Shown one piece after another: positions 25,701 through 40,427 of a stretch of 64,000 nt of DNA. The DNA comes from Eledone cirrhosa (lineage: Eukaryota), in contig OZ024740.1 in the NCBI GenBank assembly GCA_964016885.1, positions 289,230,001 to 289,294,000 on the forward strand, given 5' to 3'. The notes under the pieces were generated by a model, which had not been told where the DNA came from, searched no databases, and saw only the letters and a list, made by a program, of their open reading frames with translations. Numbering within the stretch: position 1 is the first letter of the stretch; each line of letters opens with the position of its first letter. The position numbers and the translations under genes were made by a program.

Positions 25701-28117
25701 AGACACTGTTGGTCACTTATAGGTAGTGACTTAGTGACATATACTAACTGTTGGTCACTTATAGGTAGTGACTTAGTGACATATAGATACTGTTGGTCAC
25801 TTATAGGTAGTGACTTAGTGACATATAGATACTGTTGGTCACTTATAGGTAGTGACTTAGTGACATATAGATACTGTTGGTCACTTATAGGTAGTGACTT
25901 AGTGACATATAGACACTGTTGGTACCCTATAGGTAGTGACTTAGTCACATAAATATACTGTTGGTCACTTATAGGTAGTGACTTAGTGACATATAGATAC
26001 TGTTGGTACCCTATAGGTAGTGACTTAGTGACATATAGATACTGTTGGTCACTTATAGGTAGTGACTTAGTGACATATAGACACTGTTGATACCCTATAG
26101 GTAGTGACTTAGTGACATATAGATACTGTTGGTCACTTATAGGTAGTGACTTAGTCACATAAATATACTGTTGGTCACTTATAGGTAGTGACTTAGTGAC
26201 ATATAGATACTGTTGGTCACTTATAGGTAGTGACTTAGTCACATAAATATACTGTTGGTCACTTATAGGTAGTGACTTAGTGACATATAGACACTGTTGG
26301 TACCCTATAGGTAGTGACTTAGTCACATAAATATACTGTTGGTCACTTATAGGTAGTGACTTAGTGACATATAGATACTGTTGGTACCCTATAGGTAGTG
26401 ACTTAGTGACATATAGATACTGTTGGTCACTTATAGGTAGTGACTTAGTGACATATAGATACTGTTGGTCACTTATAGGTAGTGACTTAGTGACATATAG
26501 ATACTGTTGGTCACTTATAGGTAGTGACTTAGTGACATATAGATACTGTTGGTACCCTATAGGTAGTGACTTAGTGACATATACTAACTGTTGGTGACTT
26601 ATAGGTATTGACTTAGTGACATATAGACACTGTTGGTACCCTATAGGTAGTGACTTAGTGACATATACTAACTGTTGGTCACTTATAGGTAGTGACTTAG
26701 TGACATATAGACACTGTTGGTACCCTATAGGTAGTGACTTAGTCACATAAATATACTGTTGGTCACTTATAGGTAGTGACTTAGTGACATATAGATACTG
26801 TTGGTACCCTATAGGTAGTGACTTAGTGACATATAGATACTGTTGGTCACTTATAGGTAGTGACTTAGTGACATATAGACACTGTTGGTACCGTATAGGT
26901 AGTGACTTAGTTACATATAGATACTGTTGGTCACTTATAGGTAGTGACTTAGTCACATAAATATACTGTTGGTCACTTATAGGTAGTGACTTAGTGACAT
27001 ATAGATACTGTTGGTACCCTATAGGTAGTGACTTAGTGACATATAGATACTGTTGGTCACTTATAGGTAGTGACTTAGTCACATAAATATACTGTTGGTC
27101 ATTTATAGTTAGTGTCTTAGTAACATATAGATACTGTTGGTACCCTATAGGTAGTGACTTAGTGACATATAGATACTGTTGGTCACTTATATGTAGTGAC
27201 TTAGTGACATATAGATACTGTTGGTCACTCATAGGTAGTGACTTAGTGACATATAGATACTGTTGGTCACTTATAGGTAGTGACTTAGTGACATATAGAT
27301 ACTGTTGGTCACTTATATGTAGTGACTTAGTCACATAAATATACTGTTGGTCATTTATAGTTAGTGTCTTAGTAACATATAGATACTGTTGGTACCCTAT
27401 AGGTAGTGACTTAGTGACATATAGATACTGTTGGTCACTTATATGTAGTGACTTAGTGACATATAGATACTGTTGGTCACTCATAGGTAGTGACTTAGTG
27501 ACATATAGATACTGTTGGTCACTTATAGGTAGTGACTTAGTGACATATAGATACTGTTGGTACCCTATAGGTAGTGACTTAGTGACATATAGATACTGTT
27601 GGTCACTTATAGGTAGTGACTTAGTGACAAATAGATACTGTTGGTCACTTATAGGTAGTGACTTAGTGACATATAGATACTGTTGGTTCCCTAAAGGTAG
27701 TGACTTAGTGACATATAGATACTGTTGGTCACTTATAGGTAGTGACTTAGTCACATAAATATACTGTTGGTCATTTATAGTTAGTGTTTTAGTAACATAT
27801 AGATACTGTTGGTACCCTATAGGTAGTGACTTAGTGACATATAGATACTGTTGGTCACTTATAGGTAGTGACTTAGTCACATAAATATACTGTTGGTCAT
27901 TTATAGTTAGTGTCTTAGTTTACATATAGATACTGTTGGTACCCTATAGGTAGTGACTTAGTGACATATAGATACTGTTGGTACCCTATAGGTAGTGACT
28001 TAGTGACATATAGATACTGTTGGTCACTTATAGGTAGTGACTTAGTCACATAAATATACTGTTGGTCATTTATAGTTAGTGTCTTAGTAACATATAGATC
28101 CTGCTGATTACTCATAG
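16796..28117. repeat. 42-bp satellite array (about 270 units) with higher-order duplications
   Basis: Consensus GTGACTTAGTGACATATAGATACTGTTGGTCACTTATAGGTA. Recurrent variants TCACTT/TACCCT/TACCGT/TGACTT and GATAC/GACAC/CTAAC; degenerate edges. Confidence 0.99.
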
Positions 28118-28459
28118 AAAGTATTTTTTCTTTTACTTTTACCGAATAGTGTCTTCAACAAGCCACCATTTTGCTTCTTTTACCAGTTGATAATACTTCC
28201 TTAAAACCAGGCTTGTTTGAGGCGAGAGAAAAACTGATATACCGTCATCTGCCTACAGGGGAGTGCATTTTGTTATTGTATGTATGTATGGTCCCGTAAC
28301 CCTTCATAGAGACGTAGGGGCACCGTATTGTCAAACGGCGTTTCTGGGGCATTTTTTAAATCTGACGAAGCCCATCCCTCTCCAGGCCTGACTACAGCAG
28401 ATTTCTTCCAGAGAAAGATAGAAAGTGAGAGAGAGGAAATGAGAAAGAGATATGGAAGA

Positions 28460-28622
28460 AGAATCGACCCCAGTAATAGACTGGCACTTTTTTTTTTCGA
28501 CCTCGAAAGGATGAACAACAAAGTTGACCTCGGCAGAATTTGAACTCAGAGAGTAGAGAGTCAGAACAAATACCATAAAGCATTCTATCCGACGTTCTAA
28601 TGACTCTGCCAATTTGCCGCCT
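28460..28622 (-). mobile_element. Diverged SINE copy
   Basis: Minus strand: AGGCGGCAAATTGGCAGAG...GAGTTCAAATTCTGCCGAGGTCAACTTTG..TTCATCCTTTCGAGGTCGA. Confidence 0.8.
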
Positions 28623-28971
28623 TTTTATGATTACGTATGTCAATAACAATTAATGACATGATTTGTTTCTTTATTATTTGCAACTTATACATTTGATTGA
28701 GAGGTCGTACACAGGATAATTCTTGTATAGCATAGATGACCCTTTTATTGTATTACAATTGATTTATGACAACGTAACCTTCGTCCTCTAGGACACACGG
28801 TAAATGTTTGAGACGCCGAAAAATACGGTGTGTTCAATTCGTTTTATTTAATTTCTATCTTCGTATAATCCGCATATACAGTATTCTTAAAAAAATGTTT
28901 GTTTCATTTCTTTAAAACCTTTGTGTATATGTGTTTGTATATAAGGGTGGACTGTACCTTTAATTAAAAAA

Positions 28972-29135
28972 CCAGTCATGTCCCATACTGTGTCACGTTG
29001 AATCTCCCTGAGAATTACGTTAGGGGCAGATGCATCTATAGAATGTTCAGCCGCTTACACGTCAATTTCATGAACAGGCTGTTCCATTCATTGATCGAAC
29101 AGCTGGAACGCTCACCGCCGAAACCGACGGAGGTC
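28972..29135 (+). mobile_element. 3' part of the second SINE family
   Basis: Matches the reverse complement of 14360-14520. Confidence 0.55.
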
Positions 29136-29449
29136 CATTCCAAGTATATGTCTGTATGTCTGATTTGGTAGTGAGGAAAAACAATTACAACCAGTCATAT
29201 TCTGTATTGCCATTTACTACATTCCAAAGATGTGATCTATATATGTTTAATTGTTACCAGGCAAATCACGCCCAGGCTTGGAATTCCAACTCTACGTGAG
29301 AGGTTTGTGATCAGATCAGAGTAAATGCAGAAAACAGAACCTTCCAGCATGTGTTGGAAATCTTTTACGTTGAGGCATGCTGTTAACAGTTCTCGGTCAA
29401 AAGTACTGTACCACATATATCAGCCAGCTTGATTCGCTAGGGGAAAGAG

Positions 29450-31560
29450 GAAAGTATTTACCATGTACTGTTAATACATTTATAAATGACATCACCAAAA
29501 CCCGACATCATTGCATTAACTAAAAAAAAAAAAATGGTGGGATCAGATTTGGGATGAACCAACATTATAATGTCAGACAAAACCTTCTTGATTGATTTAA
29601 AGAAAGGCAGCATACTCTGCATCATTGAGAGTAATGAGCTGGTTCTTTCGTAAGATATATGCGAGGGAGCGAAGATGTTCCACACTGTGGGGAATAAAAT
29701 GATACTGAAAATTAATCAGGCCTAGAAATTCTCTTAGATTTTCATTAGAGAAATTAAGATCAATTTAACCATATCATCGAGAATACGATTGCCTTATTCA
29801 TCAATTAGATGTCCCAGAAAATTTAAAGAAGTTGCCTCCAAAATGTTGAGAAAGACGATCGAATAGTAAGTAGGTGAAGGTGCTTTTAATGTTCATCTGA
29901 TGCGTTGGCGACTAGAAAAACATCGATATATGCATAGACGAAGGGTAAGCCACAAATTACAGTAAATTACAGTATCGATGAATCGTTGAAAAGTCTCTAA
30001 AGTAATTCTTAAGCTAGACAACATTCTCAGAAATTCGAAAAAGCCAAAAGAAGTTGTAATGATCGTTTAAGGAATATCATCTGGCTCTGTGGATACAGAC
30101 AAAATCTGTTTTTTAATATATTCTTGTGCCATGTAGAGTCGAGGAAATGTTCTGAAAAAGAGGTACAAAATGCCTTCTGATTGCCATATGTGTGTTAATA
30201 ATCAGATAGCCACCATAAGATCGCCAATCAAGTACAGTTCTTAAAGGCATCATATGAAGGGTTGAAGGCCAGCTGCTACTGGATGGATGAACAATGTTCA
30301 GTTCCAGCGTATTATCCAACATGGCATCATCAACTTTTAGCATAACCAGGAGCCGTGGTTTGGAAAGAAAATGGCGGTTCTTCAGTGATGATATAGTGAG
30401 TAATGGAGTGGTTCAACGATCAATCTATGAACACAGGGAAAATGGTGTCAGGGTTCCTTTACAAAACAAGCGTCATACCTGCTTGAATGAGAAGGACTCA
30501 AGAAAACAAAACTGAACGATGTGTTATTGCGCACATTAAGACATGTAGTGGAACTAAACAGTTCACTGCGTTTAACAATTACGAAAAGGCCGAAATGATG
30601 TAAAAAATCCTATTGAAAATTCTATATGGAGACCGAGATCAGGGGGTAACAAGCTTCATTCTGAAGGTTGTTAACAGCCTGTACAAGAATTGGTGTAGGT
30701 TTCTTGTTACCTAGCACCAGCGGAGATGATAAAACACTAACTTCTGTCCCAGTCTCTACAAGACAACGAATAGAAATCGGCCACAATTGAAGACAACAAG
30801 GTTTGAAAGAGATAAGTACAATCGCTGCCGTTAACCTCCTGTTGCATTGATAGTTTCTTTCTTCCTTTTCGAGTCACCAATAAAGCTTTTTCGATCGGTT
30901 ATTCGTCATTTTGGTAGATTTCTCAAATATAACTGTAGAAGAAGGAATGCAGGTTCGAAAAATGATAATAGTATTGACTGCAACAGAAGTAAACACGTAA
31001 GCTCTAAGCTCACAGGAGTGAATGTTCAACATTAGTAGTTTGTTATTTTGGAGCAGCTTATATATACGAATGCTTGTCATGCAGAAGGTTTATAGAAGTC
31101 AATATTCAGCAGTTGTTGTTTGTGGTGTTGGGATAACATGCAACATGTTTTTTTTTCTTTTTTGCTGAGAAAGAAAAAGTTTCGATACTCAAGGCTATCA
31201 TTTAAGTGAAGAAAATCTCGCCTGGCAGCTTTGGTTAGCATTCTGTGATCATAGGCATGCAGCAGATGGCAATCAGGCGAGTTGTTACAAAAATTCTTGA
31301 CAGCTTGGAAACGAAATCACACTCGTTGACTGCTTGGAGGCAAAATCGCATTGTATCGATTTTGATTGAAATCGAATTTATATCGTCGTTGAATTTGACA
31401 GCTAAGTAAATGAATGATTGAGGAGTTTTTAATGAGTTACGAATCCAGGTCTGTGACTGGATAATCTTCAGCAGAAATAAGACTTTGACGTATATCCTGA
31501 TTTAGGAACAGAATAGCAACATCGAAAGATGATTACTCATACTTGAAAAATTAAGGAGTA
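29450..31560 (-). pseudogene. Highly decayed non-LTR retrotransposon (RT) remnant
   Basis: Non-repetitive 2-kb block with a weak IDF-like RT motif near 31100 on the minus strand; many stops; clade not assignable by eye. Confidence 0.3.
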
Positions 31561-31881
31561 AATTAAGGAGTAAATAAAACTAAGGCTTCACATTCCGGGA
31601 GAAATCTGTTACATACAAACACACACGCAGACACAGATATACACACATATCACTTTCTTCTTCTTCTTCTTCTTCTTCTTCTTCTTCTTCTTCTTCTTCT
31701 TCTTCTTCTTCTTCTTCTTCTTCTTCTTCTTCTTTCCTGGGAGAGTTGTTGGGATAGAGTCCGCAGATATCCGTTCCAGAGGGTCCCATCAGAAGCAACC
31801 GTCTCCAATCGATCTGACTAGATCCTCAAGCGAGTTAGAATTTAGTATTAATAGAATTTAAAGGTGGAGTGGGGAGTGAGT

Positions 31882-31995
<114 letters not shown>

Positions 31996-32123
31996 CAAAT
32001 GTGAGTCATTTCAGGTGAGATTGTTTGTGCAATTTCATGTTCGCTTGTGAAGTAAAGTTAACATATCTAGTGTAGCTCAATGGTAAATAATATCCTCTCC
32101 ATTGCAGTCAGTAAGGGAGATAA

Positions 32124-32164
32124 TTCTAGACATGGTTCGGTATTATTAGATCTCTTCAGCAAAG
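32124..32164 (-). ncRNA. Degenerate minimal hammerhead, with a second partial copy at about 32420-32450
   Basis: Minus strand: CUUUG-CUGAAGA-GAUCU AAUA AUACC-GAAC-CAUG-UC-UAGAA. The second copy retains AGACC-GAAA-CAUG-UC-CAGAG. Confidence 0.55.
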
Positions 32165-32630
32165 GATAGATCTCATCTTACTTGCTGAAGTAGTGACGAG
32201 AGAATCACTTATTAATAGTACATTACTAATCGTAAGCAGCCGTAAAAATCAGAATATGTAATGTATAAAAAAAACGAAGAGATGCCATGTCCACGAAAAA
32301 TGCTGGTTAATTTAGTGAGCATTAAAAATATAATTATAAATATTCATTCGGTGACGAGAAGACAACATTAGCTCAATGACTAATGTTATTTTAATAATTT
32401 CATCAAATACATGAGACAACTCTGGACATGTTTCGGTCTTAATAGATGTTCAGAGATGAATAGGGGACAAGCATATTATTAGATTTTATCGCTGGTTCTG
32501 ATTCCCAGCTTGTGAGGACTTCAAACATCCCTTCCACATTAAACAACTTATTATTTTCTGTTTTCAAATAAATCGGAAACTATACCAACTAAAGTTACGA
32601 CACTATTGTCTAAGGATCTACTGACGATAA

Positions 32631-32742
<112 letters not shown>

Positions 32743-32817
32743 AATGATCCACTGACTATAAAGACTATATTATACACACACACATATATATATGTATATA
32801 TATACATATATACACAC

Positions 32818-32858
<41 letters not shown>

Positions 32859-33121
32859 GATAAATCTACCAAGAGTTTACGGTAGTGACCAATCCGTATG
32901 AAGAACTCAATTATTTCTGAAGACGGCATATATATGAGTTGGTCATTATTTAATTTTGATAGTTTGTATAATTTTGTATAATTTTGTACATAGATCTGTT
33001 AAATATACATGCCAATTCTAACACATATATATCCCAGAAACGATCGTTAAATAATGAACTTTTTTTGTTTAATATAAGGAACTGTTTCATTGTTTTATTC
33101 ATTATTTTTTTAATATTTTTA

Positions 33122-33196
<75 letters not shown>

Positions 33197-33372
33197 TTGT
33201 GTCTATATTATATCTGTATTTTTTGACCGTTGGTCAGTCAATAGTAAACATTGAGGACCGAAGGAATTAACTGTGGAGATATAAAAGATACAGAAGCGAA
33301 AACCAACCAAACAGTGAGTGTGTTCTGTTATTAATTCTGGCAATATTATTACAACAATATGACCCTCCCCAA

Positions 33373-33419
<47 letters not shown>

Positions 33420-33426
<7 letters not shown>

Positions 33427-33543
33427 TAAAATAACAGATTAAAGTTTAAGCAAAGAATCGCTTCTTTCACCTTTAACGGGATCCCGTTAAGGGTGAAAGC
33501 AGCGATTCTTTGCTTAAACTTTAATCTGTTATTTTTATAAATA
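33420..33543. repeat. Near-perfect spacerless palindrome centred on GGGATCCC
   Basis: About 60-bp arms with few mismatches; part of a (TA)n-flanked insert. Confidence 0.92.
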
Positions 33544-33618
33544 TTTGCTCTACGGTTCTTATATATTTGATATATATTTATCCTTATCGAACCCTCTTTG
33601 GATTTTAGTCTTTAAATT

Positions 33619-33651
<33 letters not shown>

Positions 33652-33652
<1 letters not shown>

Positions 33653-34090
33653 TAGCAGAGGTACCCGGCGTTGCTCGGGTATTAAATACAAGTTGTGTAT
33701 ACCATTTATGTCAATACTTCAGTGCTGCTTCGAAAACTATACTTTTACAAGATCATCGGCTTTTTCCAAAAGGGGGTTCCTGCCCCCAGGTGTCCCCTCC
33801 TCAATATGTGCCAATTCTGAGAGTTCACATTCATCTGTAGGACAAACGTAGCCCATGTGTCAAGTTTTGTGAAAATCGGTTGCGAACTCCAGAAGCTATG
33901 ACGTTTTGTTGCATTGCACTGCAGTGCTTCAGTCGACTCCAAGAAAGTGGTTAAAGGGGGTTATCTGCCGGGAGGCCCTATAATCAATATCTGGAAAAAT
34001 GAAAGTGCCCATGACCATCCAGAGTACATAAGTAACCTATGTCTTAAGTTTGGTGAAAATACTGTAGAAATGCATAAGGTTTATACACGC
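33652..34090 (-). mobile_element. Non-autonomous Helitron-like element (3' end clear)
   Basis: Minus strand ends CCCGAGCAACGCCGGGTACCTCTG-CTAG followed by T (hairpin plus CTAG); 5' boundary uncertain. Confidence 0.6.
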
Positions 34091-34095
34091 GCGTG

Positions 34096-34204
<109 letters not shown>

Positions 34205-34813
34205 GGGGGGCGTATGTATTTGTGCGTCCGTATGTATGCGTATGTCCGTCGGGGCATACGTATGTACTGGCCTAAATCTTCACTATTTACTTTTACTATT
34301 TTAATAACCTCTGTCATTTTCGTTTTCAATTTTATTTACATCATTCTTAAACTCCGGGGCTGGAAATCATTCTGTTATGTTAAATAGAATATTAGTCTAC
34401 CGACTCCATTTATACCATAAACTTGGTCTTATCTTTGCATGAAATTGTTCTTCTCGGTCCACATAACGACGTATTACCCTCGCTTTTTTCCGTTCATTGC
34501 TAGGGAACGTCTTCACGAACCAAAATATCGTCTTCCTGTTTTCGTTCGGTTGGAACGTTTCTCGAAATATTTACTTCTGCGTTCACAGATTACTCTCAGT
34601 TCAATTTGAATGGGAAATTCCTGTTTCATCGATTTTCTCCGTAACCATGGAAGCTTGTACCCTAAAAGTCGACCCAACGCCTCCTCGGGTCATTCTGCAT
34701 AACTGTGTAAATTTTCGCTGCATTCCACCAAGCCCTTTCGACGTTTATCCTACTACACTTACTTACTTACTTAAATATACAACGTCCGATCACTTCCAAT
34801 TTATATATATATA

Positions 34814-34938
34814 TATAGAAGGAGCTTCTACAGGACTAGTACTGTTTCATTCAGATGAAATCTTCAGGAAGCCTGCAGAGCTTCCTGAAGATTTCATCTG
34901 AATGAAACAGTACTAGTCCTGTAGAAGCTCCTTCTATA
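34814..34938. ncRNA. Perfect 59-bp inverted repeat made of two back-to-back type I hammerheads
   Basis: Plus arm: GAGCUUC-CUGAAGA-U-UUC AUCU GAA-U-GAA-ACAG UACUAGUC CUGU-A-GAAGCUC. The left arm is its reverse complement; 7-nt loop CTGCAGA. Confidence 0.8.
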
Positions 34939-35015
34939 AAATAAAATTTTTTTACTCTGCCATGTATTGAGTACCTTACTTACTGTGGTTATCCCCGACT
35001 CAACCAGGGACCTAC

Positions 35016-35067
<52 letters not shown>

Positions 35068-35110
35068 ATGATATTAAATAAATAGAAACTATATTTATAA
35101 AACCATATTT

Positions 35111-35171
35111 ATTTTATTATATATATTTCAAAGGTACCGAGACACATTGGTACGCTTTCCTCAGATAAAAT
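35111..35171 (-). ncRNA. Type I hammerhead (Naiad-associated family, diverged)
   Basis: Minus strand: AUUUUAU-CUGAGGA-AAGCGUACC[10 nt]GGUACCUUU-GAAA-UAUAUA-UA-AUAAAAU. An inverted partial copy of the downstream sequence lies at about 35440-35490. Confidence 0.8.
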
Positions 35172-35577
35172 ACAAAGTTTGTTTTATAAATAGAGACATA
35201 CCCATGAAAATCATACCTTATCGGTTGGATATTCTCTGGATAGTGGAAATATATTAAGGATTTTTCAAACTTATGGGTGAATATGCAAATGAATATGTAA
35301 ATAATTGAAAAACAACCGTTTATTTAAACGACTATGGAGAGAGAGAGAAGAGATAAGAGGAGAAGGATAAAATAGTGCGAGAGAGAAGAAAGAAACAAGA
35401 GAAGATGAATAAAAACTCATATAACGTTAATTTGATGGAAATAAATATGGTTTTATAAACATAGTTTCCATTTATTTAATATCATTGAATATTTACTCCA
35501 CTAAGATGTTGAGTGCTCTAAATCAGTTATAAACATTTATATTTGTCGGACTTCCAACAAATTAAATACCCCTTCTA

Positions 35578-35675
<98 letters not shown>

Positions 35676-36282
35676 AAGAGGGAGAGAGAGAAAGGAGTCT
35701 TTCAATAAAAATTAATTATTCAGAAGCAAACGATATTCTAAATGTTAGTAATGAAGCAGGCCACCTGTTGGTAGCGAAATATTACTCTTCGATTAATTGT
35801 TCAAAGTCAACATGGCTGAATAAAACTGAAACTGTATACAGTATTACTTTAAAAAAAAGGAGAGATTAGACTCCAACGTTTGACTATAAATGATCCTTAG
35901 TTTCCTCTTGTCCGTGCATGTTCTGGCGACTATAATATTTCAGCATAGTTCAAATCAGTTCTCGGACGCCTTGCGAGTGTATGACGTCATCAATGATAGG
36001 CCAAGTTACAGACAAGAAGTGTAGAAACAATGTATTTACAGGACAGTATTTGCCTGTTGATTGTTCAACGATCTATTACTACTATTAGTATCATTATTGT
36101 TATTGATAATTATGATGCTGGTGATGGTAATGATGATGGTGACGGTGATGGTGATGGTGATGGTGACGGTAATGAGAAGGAAGAGGATGAGGAAAAAGGA
36201 TTAGGATGCTACCATTATTATCGTTATATAGAAAGCAATATCGTTTGTAATTTGATCGTAATTCAGAACATCCATTAAGTAG

Positions 36283-36329
<47 letters not shown>

Positions 36330-36405
36330 CTATATATCTATCTATCTATATATAAATATACACATAATATATGCACACACATACACACACACATATATAT
36401 ATATA

Positions 36406-38419
<2,014 letters not shown>

Positions 38420-38497
38420 ATAAAGAAATACACAAGTTCCCCCTCCGCCTTTCCGGGTTCTCTCTCGCGCCTTGCAGACGTATTTTGAAACTTTAAA

Positions 38498-38596
38498 TGA
38501 GGTATTTTCTTGATAAGTTGGCATACCTCACAAAAATACTGCATCTCTATGATGTAATGTTTTTGCAAAGTAGCCACGAACCTGCGCAGTCGAGAA
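38498..38596 (+). ncRNA. Type I hammerhead, U3-A8 variant with pseudoknot, copy 2
   Basis: UUUUC-UUGAUAA-GUUGGC[AUACCUCA...]GCCAC-GAAC-CUGCGCAG-UC-GAGAA; A15.1 changed to C. Confidence 0.65.
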
Positions 38597-39112
38597 TGTA
38601 GAGGAATATTGGATATTAATATTTTTTTTATTTATGTCTAATGTTTCTTTTTTCTTTATAATGTATTATATATATATATATATATATATATATCGTTTCT
38701 GAATTTGTTTAGCAAGATTCTTTATCTGAAAACGTGTGTTGAAACCGATATTGTTATACTTTGGGAGGGTCATGTTGCCAATAAGAAACACACGCACCAG
38801 TTGCTTTCACTCCAATTTATTATAAATTAGATTATAAATTTAAAAATTTATAAATTTCCGGTTGGTTGGTTGGTTCCACAACCGGACGGTTGTTCATATA
38901 TTGTCAAAGTTCTTTCGTCACACATTCTGTGACCTCTTCAGTGACTGGGGATTCTTTTCTTTGTTTTGTGCCTCTCCTTTGTTCTGTCCTACGCCATCTT
39001 GTTTTTGTGTGTGTTGTGTGCTTAGTTTACGCATGTGTTACATCCGGGTGCCTGTGTGTGTTTTTATTTGTTTATTTATTTGTTTATTTACATGTTACTG
39101 GTTGGTTGTTTG

Positions 39113-39155
<43 letters not shown>

Positions 39156-39186
39156 CCTTAATGCATAGTATTAATTGCACATTCAG

Positions 39187-39370
39187 GGCGGTGGATTGGC
39201 AGTATCGGTAGAGGGTCGGACGCCATGCTTTCCAGCATAGTTACGTCCCTTTACGATCTGAGTTCAAATCCCGCCGAGGTTGACTTTGCCTTTCATCCTT
39301 ACGGGGTCGATAAAATAAAGTACCAATAATACACTGGGTAATTGCTGGCCTTGTGCCTAACGTAGAAACA
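39187..39370 (+). mobile_element. tRNA-derived SINE, full length with TSD
   Basis: ATTAATTGCACATTCA at 39170-39185 and 39371-39386; intact A and B boxes. Confidence 0.93.
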
Positions 39371-39526
39371 ATTAATTGCACATTCAAGAAAGTTCCAGTT
39401 TCAGAGATATTGTTGGCAAAGGCACGTATTCTGCACTATCAGAACTTGTATGTGTGTCTTGTCCTGGCTATCAACAGTCTTGAATGCCTATTTTCTAGCC
39501 ATTGCAAGACGCTCATATGATTTCTA

Positions 39527-39867
39527 ATAATTGTTTCTACTTTTGGCACAAGGTAGCAATTATCCCAGTGCATGACTTGTACTTTATTTTATCGACCCCG
39601 TAAGGATGAAAGGCAAAGTTAATAATAATTGTTTCTACTTTAGGCACAAGGCCAGCAATTACCCAGTGCATTACTGGTACTTTATTTTATCGACCCCGTA
39701 AGGATGAAAGGCAAAGTTAACCTCGGCGGGATTTGAACTTAGACCCCGTAAATTAATAATACACATACTATGGCATGCATACATCTGAAAGAGCCAAATA
39801 AAGGGCCATAACTCAATGCTGCAAAGTATGGTGTCCGATGCTCTACCTATTCTACCAATCCACCGCC
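39527..39867 (-). mobile_element. Two SINE copies (truncated; interrupted)
   Basis: 3' halves at 39527-39622 and 39626-39745; head at about 39785-39867. Confidence 0.8.
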
Positions 39868-40104
39868 CTAGTTTTATATAGATTAACATATACATATAGG
39901 GCAATATAGATTCATATATGATTATACAATTTCATATAAGAGCATAGAAATTTATAGAAGGTCATATGGATTCATGTAAGCTCATACAAATTCATATCGA
40001 GTCATATAGTCATATATAAACAACCATCCGGTTATCGAACCAACCAAACGGAAATTTATAATAAGTTGAAGTGAAAACTAGCAGGTGTGTGTGTTTTTAG
40101 CTAA

Positions 40105-40427
40105 ACACTTCAGGACCAATGTTATGCGGTATATTGCTGCGTTTCAGTTGACGTCCTTTGGAGCTGAAATAGATCATACTGACTATGGTTATTTCACAAC
40201 ATTTAAAATCCAAGACCAATGCTACCATTTAATCGGCAGTTTACTCCCCCAGCCTAATAAGGAAGTTTTATGATTGTTTTGTTTATGTCTCTCTCACACA
40301 CACTCACACACACACACACACATTATGGTCTCACCTCATACCAGACAACACATTCAATACAGCCGTTTTCTCTTTCATCCATCTTCTCTTAACTATTCTC
40401 CCGGGTGAAGCCGGGTACCTCAGCTAG
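40105..40427 (+). mobile_element. Internally deleted Helitron with Rep/Hel fragment and 3' terminus
   Basis: FRTNVMRYIAAFQLTSFGA...TFKIQDQCYHLIGSLLP resembles the conserved Helitron N-terminal motif (NIR.YN.AF.MTS.G...F.IQGQ.YH.IGSLLP). Ends CCCGG GTGAAG CCGGG TACCTCAG-CTAG followed by T. Confidence 0.85.

Noticed and set aside
17019-27758. Plus-strand Cys/Trp-rich ORFs (TYRYCWSLIGSDLV)n
   Set aside because: Translations of the satellite with GTG starts, repeatedly broken by variant stops.
16796-28117. CRISPR-like array
   Set aside because: Units are contiguous 42-mers with recurring variants; no unique spacers, no cas genes, eukaryotic context.
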